This document shows, in pieces, positions 56,575 through 64,000 of a stretch of 64,000 bases of DNA (position 1 is its first letter; the number at the start of each line of letters is the position of its first letter). Below the pieces are notes generated by a model, which did not search any database, was not told where the DNA came from, and saw nothing but the letters and a program-made list of their open reading frames with translations. The translations under genes and the position numbers were made by a program. The stretch is from Chloroflexota bacterium (GTDB taxonomy: Bacteria; Chloroflexota; Limnocylindria; P2-11E), in assembly GCA_038040265.1 (NCBI GenBank), contig JBBPIP010000008.1, positions 24,844 through 88,843 of the forward strand, given 5' to 3'.

Positions 56575-58278
56575 GTGTCCGCGCAAGCACGAGCCATGGC
56601 GTTCGCACGAGAGCAACCGGGCGCCGTGTGGGTCCTTCAGTTGGGCATGCTCGTCAACTTCTTCGGCAACGGCCTGGTCGCGCCGTTCCTCGTCCTGTAC
56701 CTCCACTTCGGCCGCGGCCTGCCGATCGCCGTCGCCGGCGCCGCCATCGCAACGGGCGGCATTACCGCGATCGCCTCGGGGTTCCTCGCGGGCTGGAGCG
56801 CGGACCGGTTCGGTCCGAAGTTCACGGTCGTCGGCGCGATGCTCTCCAACGCGATCGCGTACGCGCTCTATCTGAGAGTCACCGAACCGTGGCACGCCTT
56901 CGCGGTGGCCGCGCTCGTGGGCGTGGGGACGGGCGCGTACGGACCGAGTCAGCAGAGCCTGGTCGCGATCCTCGTCCGCCCGGACCAGCGCCACCGTGTG
57001 TTCACACAGAACCGGATGTTCGCGCTCGTCGGCCTGGGCATGGGTGGCATCGTCGGCGGCTTCATCGCGGCCGGCGAGCGGCCCTCGGACTACGAGACCC
57101 TTCTGACGCTCGACGTCGTCACCTTCCTGGTGTTCGCCGCCGTGCTCTCGCGGATTCCGGTCGCCCGCCGCGGAGGCCGGGGCAACGCCCCGTCCGGCGG
57201 TTACCGGATCGCGCTGCGCGATCGCAGCCTTGTCCGACTGTGTCTGGTGAACCTGGCTCTCGTGAGCGCCGGCATCGCGCCGATGCTCGTGCTGATGCCT
57301 GCATACGCGAAGCTGCACGGCGATGTCGGCGAGGGCGCCATCGGCTTGATCTACGCGGCTAACACGTTGACGGTCCTCGTCGCCCAGATCCCGATCACGC
57401 GGTTTGCCGAAGGTCGGCGACGGATGCCCCTGCTCGCACTCGGGGCCTCTCTTTGGATCGTCGCATGGATCGTGATGGTGATCGGGGCGGTCGCCTTGCA
57501 CGCCTGGGCGGTCGTGCTCGTTGCCGCGGCAGTGGTGATCTACGGCCTGGGCGAGTGCCTGTACAGCGCGATCGTCGTGCCGACGGTCGCCGCGATAGCG
57601 CCCGACCAGCTCCGAGGCCGGTACCTCGCGATCATGGGTTTCAGCTGGCAGGCCGGATTCATGATCGGACCGGCGATCGGCGCGACGCTCCTCACCGTTG
57701 GCCCGGTCGCGCTCCCGGTCGCATCGGCGGGCCTATGCCTCGTCGCCGTCGCGGGCGCGCTCGCCATGGAACGCGGATTGCCCGCCGAGCACGCGCGCAC
57801 TCCGAGCGTGACGACCCGCGAAGCGCCATCATCCCCGCTCGTGAAGTGGATCACGCGCGAGCATCCGCGTGTGGACCGCGTGGCCTGTCCGTGGCTCATC
57901 GAAAAGTTCGTCGACAAGGACGCCGAGTTAATTTACGTGCCGGCCGATCGAGTGATGGCTGAGGCGCGAACGCAGAACGCGACCCCGTACGACGTCAAGG
58001 ATGTCGAGCTCGGCCATCGTGGCCCGGAATGCAGCTTCGACGCGTTCGTGCGGAAGTACGGTCTCGAAAAGGACCCTGCGATGGTCTACATGGCGAAGGT
58101 CATCCGCGGTGCCGACACGGCCGACAAGACCATCACGCCGGAGTCAGTCGGGATCGAGGCGCTGCTCGAGGGAGTGCGACTCGTGCATCAGCCGCATGAC
58201 CAGAAGCAGCGCGAGGCGTCCCGCCCGATCCTCGATGCGCTCTACGCGTACTGCCAGACGAGGGTCGCGACGGTCTAG
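56575..58278 (+). CDS. MFS transporter fused to a C-terminal ChrB (Chrome_Resist) domain
   Basis: About 12 TM segments over ~410 aa, then ...KWITREHPRVDRVACPWLIEKFVDKDAELIYVP..., paralogous to 55677..56090. The start could be the ATG at 56596. Confidence 0.85.
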   Translation: MSAQARAMAFAREQPGAVWVLQLGMLVNFFGNGLVAPFLVLYLHFGRGLPIAVAGAAIATGGITAIASGFLAGWSADRFGPKFTVVGAMLSNAIAYALYLRVTEPWHAFAVAALVGVGTGAYGPSQQSLVAILVRPDQRHRVFTQNRMFALVGLGMGGIVGGFIAAGERPSDYETLLTLDVVTFLVFAAVLSRIPVARRGGRGNAPSGGYRIALRDRSLVRLCLVNLALVSAGIAPMLVLMPAYAKLHGDVGEGAIGLIYAANTLTVLVAQIPITRFAEGRRRMPLLALGASLWIVAWIVMVIGAVALHAWAVVLVAAAVVIYGLGECLYSAIVVPTVAAIAPDQLRGRYLAIMGFSWQAGFMIGPAIGATLLTVGPVALPVASAGLCLVAVAGALAMERGLPAEHARTPSVTTREAPSSPLVKWITREHPRVDRVACPWLIEKFVDKDAELIYVPADRVMAEARTQNATPYDVKDVELGHRGPECSFDAFVRKYGLEKDPAMVYMAKVIRGADTADKTITPESVGIEALLEGVRLVHQPHDQKQREASRPILDALYAYCQTRVATV

Positions 58279-58472
58279 CTGGCTCGCGTCATCTCTTTCG
58301 TGAGGTCTTCGGCGTCGGCGTACTGGCGGTCAGCGATCTTGTTGAGGGTGTCCTGGATCGTCGGACCGACGCTCGTCGCGCGCGCCACACTCAGGATCTC
58401 TGCCTTCGCAATCGGGTAGTCGAGGCCTTCGACGAACTGACTCGCGTTTTCGCTCGCCTGCATTTCTTGCAT
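58275..58472 (-). CDS. DUF2795-like small protein
   Basis: 65 aa. LDYPIAKAEILSVAR...LNKIADRQYADAEDL matches the DUF2795 pattern. Confidence 0.65.
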   Translation of the reverse strand: MQEMQASENASQFVEGLDYPIAKAEILSVARATSVGPTIQDTLNKIADRQYADAEDLTKEMTRAS

Positions 58473-58509
58473 ACCAGTCTTAGAGCGAATGGCGTGCCAG
58501 CTCGCGTGG

Positions 58510-58634
58510 CTCGGCCGACCGAGGGCCCCCGCGCGTTCGCTTCGCGCCTGGGGGCCCCTGCCCCCAGGGAGCCCGGCCGAGGCGTCCGAGGCCGGGAGGA
58601 CCCCGGCCCGAAAAGAGGGTTTCGGTCGGCCGAG
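58510..58634. repeat. ~125-bp GC-rich palindromic element upstream of the carboxyltransferase gene
   Basis: CTCGGCCGACCG (58510-58521) pairs with CGGTCGGCCGAG (58623-58634). The interior contains CCTGGGGGCCCCTGCCCCCAGG and CCCGGCC...GGCCGGG sub-hairpins. Confidence 0.6.
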
Positions 58635-58669
58635 CGGCGCCTACGACCAGCCCGCATATCCTCGGCGGC

Positions 58670-60211
58670 ATGAAGACGACCGACAGGCTTGCCGAGATGC
58701 GAGCGAAGGCCGCGATCGGCGGCGGCGAGCAGCGGATCGCCCAGCAGCATGCGAAGGGAAAGCTCACGGCACGCGAGCGAGTCGATCTGGTGCTCGACGA
58801 GGGCTCATTCACAGAATTGGATGCGTTTGTGCTCGCGCGTCCGACGGAGCTGATTCCAGACGACGAGCGGGTCATGGGCGATGGCGTCGTGACGGGATTC
58901 GGGAGGATCGACGGCCGGACGGTCTACATCTTCTCGCAAGACTTCACCGTGTTCGGCGGCTCGCTCGCCGAGGCGCACGCCGAGAAGATCTGCAAGGTCA
59001 TGGACCTCGCGGTGAAGACCGGAGCGCCCATCATCGGCCTCAACGACTCGGGCGGCGCGCGCATCCAGGAGGGCGTCGTCTCGCTCGGCGGGTACGCCGA
59101 CATCTTTCTGCGCAACGTCCTGGCCTCGGGAGTCGTACCGCAGATCTCCGCGATCATGGGCCCGTGCGCGGGCGGCGCCGTCTACTCGCCCGCGATCACC
59201 GATTTCGTCGCGATGGTGCGCGACACGAGCTACATGTTCGTCACGGGACCGAACGTGGTGAAGACGGTGACGCACGAAGACGTGACCTTCGACGAGCTCG
59301 GGGGCGCGGACGTGCATGCGCATAGGTCTGGGGTCGCGCACTTCGAGGCGGACGACGAGGTCGGCTGCGCGGCCCTCCTGCGCCGGCTCGTCGCGTTCTT
59401 ACCGTCGAACAACCTCGACCCCGCCCCGGTGGTTGCGACCGATGACCCTCCCGATCGTGAGGATCCGTCCCTCGACGACATCGTTCCCGATGCCTCGAAC
59501 AAGCCGTACGACATGAAGGACGTCATCCGCCGCGTCGTCGACGACGAGGACGTGCTCGAGGTGCACGAAAGTTGGGCCCAGAACATCATTTGTGCCTTCG
59601 CGCGCCTCGACGGTCGATCCGTCGGCGTCGTCGCGCAGCAGCCGATGGTTCTCGCCGGCGTCCTCGACATCGACGCATCGGTCAAAGCGGCGCGCTTCGT
59701 CCGTTTCTGCGATGCCTTCAACATCCCGCTCGTCACGTTCGTCGACGTCCCGGGTTTTCTGCCCGGCACGGTGCAAGAACACGCCGGCATCATCCGCAAC
59801 GGCGCGAAGCTCCTGTATGCGTACGCCGAAGCGACGGTGCCGAAGCTCACGGTCATCACGCGAAAGGCCTATGGCGGGGCGTACGACGTTATGTCGAGCA
59901 AGCACCTTCGCGGCGACTACAACGTCGCGTGGCCGAGCGCGGAGATCGCGGTCATGGGTCCGGAAGGAGCGGTGAACGTCATCTATCGCGAGGAGCTCGC
60001 GAAGGCGAAGGACCCCGACGCCCGGCGTGCGCAGCTCGTGGCCGAGTACGTCGAGCGATTCGCGAATCCGTACGTCGCCGCCGCGCGCGGATACCTCGAC
60101 GACGTGATCGAGCCGCGAGAGACCCGGCGACGCCTGATCGCGGCTCTGCGGTCCCTGGCGAACAAGCGGGAGACGAACCCACGCCGCAAGCATGGCAACA
60201 TCCCGCTCTAG
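58670..60211 (+). CDS. pccB: acyl-CoA carboxylase carboxyltransferase (beta) subunit, propionyl-CoA carboxylase-like
   Basis: 513 aa, typical PccB/AccD5 sequence ([54 protein letters not shown]). Confidence 0.93.
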   Translation: MKTTDRLAEMRAKAAIGGGEQRIAQQHAKGKLTARERVDLVLDEGSFTELDAFVLARPTELIPDDERVMGDGVVTGFGRIDGRTVYIFSQDFTVFGGSLAEAHAEKICKVMDLAVKTGAPIIGLNDSGGARIQEGVVSLGGYADIFLRNVLASGVVPQISAIMGPCAGGAVYSPAITDFVAMVRDTSYMFVTGPNVVKTVTHEDVTFDELGGADVHAHRSGVAHFEADDEVGCAALLRRLVAFLPSNNLDPAPVVATDDPPDREDPSLDDIVPDASNKPYDMKDVIRRVVDDEDVLEVHESWAQNIICAFARLDGRSVGVVAQQPMVLAGVLDIDASVKAARFVRFCDAFNIPLVTFVDVPGFLPGTVQEHAGIIRNGAKLLYAYAEATVPKLTVITRKAYGGAYDVMSSKHLRGDYNVAWPSAEIAVMGPEGAVNVIYREELAKAKDPDARRAQLVAEYVERFANPYVAAARGYLDDVIEPRETRRRLIAALRSLANKRETNPRRKHGNIPL

Positions 60212-61715
60212 AGGGGATCGCTCGCTGACCGCGGCCCTTACCTCCGTGCTCGTCGCCAACCGCGGCGAGATCGCGCTGCGGATCATCCGCGCCTGCCACG
60301 ATCTTGGGGTCCGCGCGATCGCGGTCTACAGCGACGTCGATCGCGATGCACTCCACGTGCGCGCCGCCGACGCGGCGTATCCGATCGGTGCGGCCGCGCC
60401 GCGCGAGAGCTATCTCAACGGAGCGCGGATCATCGAGGTCGCTCGGCGGTCCGGCGCGAGCGCGATCCACCCGGGGTATGGATTCCTCTCCGAGAACGCC
60501 GACTTCGCGCAGGCGGTCGCTGACGCGGGGCTCGTCTTCGTCGGTCCGCCCGCCGCCGTCCAGCGCCTTCTCGGCGAGAAGACCGCGGCGCGCCGCCTCG
60601 CGCGCGAAGCCGACGTCCCGATCGCGGAGGGAACCGAGCCGCTCACCGACGTGGCCGCGGCGAAGGCCGCCGCGAAGCGGATCGGGTACCCGGTTCTGCT
60701 GAAGCCCGCCGGAGGCGGGGGTGGAAAAGGCATGCGGAAGGTCGCCAAGGAGGAGGAGTTCGACACCGCGTGGCGCGCCGCGACAGGCGAGGCCACGACC
60801 GCATTCGGACAGCCGGCCCTGTATCTCGAGCGCGCGATCGAGAACGCGCGGCACGTCGAGATGCAGATCCTGGCGGACCAGAGCGGCAACGTGGTCTGGC
60901 TCGGTGAACGCGATTGCTCGGTCCAGCGCCGGCACCAGAAGCTGATCGAGGAGACTCCCGGGCCTTCGGTCGACGACGAGCTCCGCGAGCGGCTGGGCGT
61001 CGCGGCGGTGCGTATCGCAAAAGCCGCGCACTACGAGAACGCGGGCACTGTTGAGTTTCTCGTGGATGCGCGCGGGAATGTCTACTTCCTCGAAGTGAAC
61101 ACGCGGCTCCAGGTCGAGCATCCGCTGACCGAGATGGTCACCGGCCTCGACCTCGTCGCCCTGCAGCTCCGGATCGCAGCCGGAGAGCGGCTTCCCTTCG
61201 CGCAAGGGGATGTCGTGCGGTCGGGTGCGGCGATCGAGTGCCGTATCACGGCAGAGGATCCTTACGCCGGCTTTCTCCCGGGGAGCGGCGTCATCGCGCT
61301 GGTGCGCGAGCCGGCGGGACCTGGCATCCGCGTGGACTCCGCGCTCTATCCGGGCATGACCGTTCCGAACGAGTACGACCCGCTCCTCGCGAAGGTGATC
61401 GCGCACGGTCGCGATCGCGCGGAGGCAGTCGCCCGGATGCGCCGCGCTCTGGCGGAGATGCGCGTGTCGGGGATTCCCACCTCTCTTCCCTTCCACCGCT
61501 TCGCCCTCTCCGACGAGAGCTTCAGCGCCGGCCGCTACGACACGACGTTCGTCGCACAGTGGGAAGGGCGCGCCGCGCCGGAGCTCTCCGCGGGTGCGGC
61601 CTCGGTCGCGGCGCTCGCGGCCGTGCTCGCCATGCGCGCTCGTAGCGAACGTCGTGCCCTGCCGGTCACCGACCCCGCGTGGGCCCGAGCGGCGCGCGAG
61701 GACGCGCTGCGCTGA
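60192..61715 (+). CDS. accC: biotin carboxylase subunit
   Basis: [19 protein letters not shown]-grasp motifs, and [14 protein letters not shown]. The start is ambiguous (ATG 60192 or GTG 60246). Confidence 0.93.
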   Translation: MATSRSRGDRSLTAALTSVLVANRGEIALRIIRACHDLGVRAIAVYSDVDRDALHVRAADAAYPIGAAAPRESYLNGARIIEVARRSGASAIHPGYGFLSENADFAQAVADAGLVFVGPPAAVQRLLGEKTAARRLAREADVPIAEGTEPLTDVAAAKAAAKRIGYPVLLKPAGGGGGKGMRKVAKEEEFDTAWRAATGEATTAFGQPALYLERAIENARHVEMQILADQSGNVVWLGERDCSVQRRHQKLIEETPGPSVDDELRERLGVAAVRIAKAAHYENAGTVEFLVDARGNVYFLEVNTRLQVEHPLTEMVTGLDLVALQLRIAAGERLPFAQGDVVRSGAAIECRITAEDPYAGFLPGSGVIALVREPAGPGIRVDSALYPGMTVPNEYDPLLAKVIAHGRDRAEAVARMRRALAEMRVSGIPTSLPFHRFALSDESFSAGRYDTTFVAQWEGRAAPELSAGAASVAALAAVLAMRARSERRALPVTDPAWARAAREDALR

Positions 61716-62209
61716 TGCGCTACGAGGTCACCCTCGACGATCGCCTCGTGCGCATCGAGATCGGCGATCGCGGACGGTTCTCGGTCGACGATCGCGTCGT
61801 CGCTGCCGACGTTCGCGAGACCGTGCGCGGACGGCAGTGGTCGATCACGCTCGAAGGCGAGAGCCATGAGATCACGGTCATCACGCACGACCCCCTCCGT
61901 CTCGACGTCGACGGTCGCGACGTTCGCGCGGCGGTCGTCGACGAGCGCGCGCTTCGCGCCGGTCGCGGCACCGCCGGACTTCGGGCGGGCCGGGTCGAGC
62001 TGCGGGCACCGATGCCGGGCCTCCTGAAAGCGGTGCACGTCAAGGAGGGTGACCGGGTCGAGGCTCAGGCTCCGCTCGCGACGCTCGAGGCCATGAAGAT
62101 GGAGAACGAGCTGCGCGCACCCTCGAGCGGCCGCATCGCAAAGGTTGCCGCCGCGGCCGGCGCAAAGGTGGACGCAGGAGCGGTCCTCATCGTGATCGCA
62201 AGTGACTAG
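61715..62209 (+). CDS. biotin carboxyl carrier protein (biotinyl/lipoyl domain)
   Basis: ATG overlaps the accC TGA. Biotinylation motif EAMKMENEL. Confidence 0.85.
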   Translation: MRYEVTLDDRLVRIEIGDRGRFSVDDRVVAADVRETVRGRQWSITLEGESHEITVITHDPLRLDVDGRDVRAAVVDERALRAGRGTAGLRAGRVELRAPMPGLLKAVHVKEGDRVEAQAPLATLEAMKMENELRAPSSGRIAKVAAAAGAKVDAGAVLIVIASD

Positions 62210-64000
62210 CCGACGGCGCAAGGGTGGGATCGTCGCGGGAACCCTCGCGGTTCTCGTGGTCGCGAGCCTGGTCGTGACTGGGCTGCTCCTTATCTACCGG
62301 CCACTCCCGACCATAGACGGCGAGTACCGCCTCCTCGGATTGCAGAAGCGCGCCGAGGTTCTTCGAGACACATACGGGGTCCCGCACATCTACGCCCAGA
62401 GCGCGTACGACCTCTTCTTCCTCCAGGGCTACGTGACCGCTCAAGACCGCTTGTTCCAGATGGACCTCTACCGGCGCGCGGGTGCAGGTCGGCTCGCGGA
62501 GGTCCTCGGCGAACCGGCGCTCGATTCCGACAAGCAGTTCCGCACCTTTGGACTGGCGCGCGTCGCCGCGCAGGAGCTCGCGCTGCTCCGTGACGACACC
62601 CGCGCGAACCTGCTCGCCTACGCCGACGGCGTGAACAAGTTTCTCGAGCAGCACCTCGATTCGCTGCCTCTCGAGTTCGTCATCCTCGGCTACCGCGCCG
62701 AGCGATGGTCGGCCTTGGATTCGCTCGTCGTCGCCAAGCTTCAGGCGTACGACGCGGCGAACAACATCAACCAGGAGCTTTTGCGCGCGGGCCTCGCCAC
62801 ACGGTTCGGAACGGGCGTGCTCGCGACGCTGATGCCCGATCCCTCGGGTCGCTCCGCATCCGTCGACGAGCGTGCCTGGGCGGCGGTCGCGCCCTACCTT
62901 TCCGCGGATACGGCGCTCCCAGGCGCGGTCGCTCTCTCGAGAGTTCTGCCGGGCGCGGGTGAGGGCATTGGTTCGAACTGCTGGGCGCTGGCCGGGTCGA
63001 GGACGGCAACTGGCAAACCGATCCTCGCGGGCGACCCACACCTTGCGGTCCGCAATCCGTCGATCTGGTACGAGATCGGGCTCGAGGGGGCAGGCTACAA
63101 GCTCGTCGGCTTTTCCTTCGCTGGGATCCCCGGCATCGTCATCGGGCACAACGACCGCATCGCCTGGAGCTTCACGTACGCGTACTCCGATACGCAGGAC
63201 CTCTTCGTCGAGCATCAGGACCCTTCCGATCCGCGGCGCTACGAGTACAAGGGGCAGTACGAGCCCGCGAGGTTCGTCCGCGAATCGATCGACGTGAAAG
63301 GCCAGGCCGACCCAGTGATCGTCGACGTGGCGATCACGCGACACGGACCGATCATCACCTCGATCCTCGAAGGCCAGACCGCGCCTCTCGCGCTGCGCTG
63401 GACGGCGCTCGATCCGGGTCGCCTCGTGGACTTCGTGTTCGAGCTCGCGCGCGCGGGGAGCTGGCAGGACTTTCGCGCGGCCGCCGCGGACTTCAGCGGC
63501 GCGGCCGTCTCCGCGTGCTACGCGGATGTCGACGGTCACATCGGCTACCAGCTCATCGGACAGCTGCCGGCGCGCAAGGGCGATGGCCAGATGCCGGTAC
63601 CCGGGTGGACCGGCGAGTACGACTGGAGCGGCGTTCTGCCCGCCGATGCGAATCCCTCGATCCTCGATCCCTCGGTCGGAATGATCGTCAACGCGAACGA
63701 CCGGCCGACGCAGGATCCGCGGAGCGCCGGCTACGTCGGAGAGTGGGATCCCGGATTCCGCGCGTCGTACATCGCCCAGCGTCTCGGGAGCCTCGCAAAA
63801 GCGGACCTCGCCGCGATGCGCGCGATCCAGACCGACTACGCATCCGTCCCGGTCGCGCGCTGGCGCGCGTCCATCCTCGCAGCCGCGCCGAAAACGGATC
63901 TGCAGCGCCGCGCGCAGGCACTCGTGCGTGAGTGGGACGGGACGCTAGCGGCGCAGTCGGGCGGCGCCGCGGTTACCGAGGTGTGGCTCGTGCGAATGCT
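62202..64000 (+). CDS. penicillin acylase-family Ntn hydrolase (3' end outside window; absent from the ORF track)
   Basis: Hand translation from the GTG at 62202: TM/signal helix TLAVLVVASLVVTGLLLIY, then RDTYGVPHIYAQSAYDLFFLQGYVTAQDRLFQMD and the beta-chain nucleophile context GIGSNCWALAGSRTATGKPILAGDPHL. The frame is open to the window end. Confidence 0.88.
   Translation, partial: MTSRRRKGGIVAGTLAVLVVASLVVTGLLLIYRPLPTIDGEYRLLGLQKRAEVLRDTYGVPHIYAQSAYDLFFLQGYVTAQDRLFQMDLYRRAGAGRLAEVLGEPALDSDKQFRTFGLARVAAQELALLRDDTRANLLAYADGVNKFLEQHLDSLPLEFVILGYRAERWSALDSLVVAKLQAYDAANNINQELLRAGLATRFGTGVLATLMPDPSGRSASVDERAWAAVAPYLSADTALPGAVALSRVLPGAGEGIGSNCWALAGSRTATGKPILAGDPHLAVRNPSIWYEIGLEGAGYKLVGFSFAGIPGIVIGHNDRIAWSFTYAYSDTQDLFVEHQDPSDPRRYEYKGQYEPARFVRESIDVKGQADPVIVDVAITRHGPIITSILEGQTAPLALRWTALDPGRLVDFVFELARAGSWQDFRAAAADFSGAAVSACYADVDGHIGYQLIGQLPARKGDGQMPVPGWTGEYDWSGVLPADANPSILDPSVGMIVNANDRPTQDPRSAGYVGEWDPGFRASYIAQRLGSLAKADLAAMRAIQTDYASVPVARWRASILAAAPKTDLQRRAQALVREWDGTLAAQSGGAAVTEVWLVRM

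Noticed and set aside
62187-63539. 450-aa minus-strand ORF, the only long track ORF in this region
   Set aside because: The plus strand encodes a clear penicillin-acylase-family protein (GSNCW nucleophile, YVTAQDRLFQMD). That ORF is missing from the track, apparently because it runs off the window with no stop. The minus ORF is its shadow.
1-64000. Mobile elements, prophage, toxin-antitoxin, restriction-modification or other defence islands; tRNA/rRNA genes
   Set aside because: I saw no integrase, transposase, recombinase, nuclease/methylase signatures, phage structural genes or tRNA-like sequences (no GGTTCGAATCC-type T-arms outside coding context) on either strand. The window looks like core metabolic chromosome.

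Overview
This is a visibly GC-rich bacterial chromosomal segment. G+C was not computed, and all homology calls come from reading the translations, not from database searches. I found no rRNA, tRNA, CRISPR array, transposase, integrase or recognisable defence genes. About 65 genes are tightly packed, and many neighbours share 1-4 nt start/stop overlaps (ATGA/GTGA), which suggests long translationally coupled operons.

Gene order, left to right:
- clpP (3' end) and clpX, then a cupin.
- A 1187-aa membrane protein with GAF, HD-GYP and GGDEF domains.
- A T-box leader followed by valS.
- A sugar-type ABC importer on the minus strand.
- An FmdB zinc-ribbon protein with a (SETK)n tail, then a YihY-family protein.
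- FhaA-FhaB-RodA-PBP2.
- MoxR-DUF58-transglutaminase, a YbaK-like deacylase and a PNPOx-like protein.
- A class-V aminotransferase and serA (minus strand), then rpe.
- A sigma factor with small neighbouring genes, then HD, M20 and HIT proteins.
- A MerR-headed acyl-CoA catabolic supercluster: thiolase, three acyl-CoA dehydrogenases, an EtfD-like Fe-S membrane oxidoreductase, EtfBA, a split ICM-like B12 acyl-CoA mutase, MeaB, an MBL hydrolase and a DoxX-like protein.
- fdhD, an esterase, and a Tat-exported selenocysteine formate dehydrogenase locus (G-E-H-NrfD).
- A ChrB-domain locus, a DUF2795 protein, and acyl-CoA carboxylase genes (CT, BC, BCCP).
- A penicillin-acylase-family gene that runs off the right edge.

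Most unusual observations:
1. A 587-aa protein made of four tandem DinB-like repeats, each keeping the His + HxxxH triad, sits between the two mutase subunit genes.
2. A ChrB gene is interrupted by one in-frame TAA and lies divergent to an MFS transporter fused to a ChrB C-terminal domain. No ChrA is present.
3. An in-frame TGA (selenocysteine) in the FDH catalytic subunit causes the ORF track to split that gene in two.
4. There are families of GC-rich palindromic and G-run intergenic elements, including two ~130-bp elements that share termini.
5. serA has a conserved N-terminus with no canonical start codon.

I did not find an unambiguous wholly new multi-gene system. Observations 1 and 2 are the best candidates.
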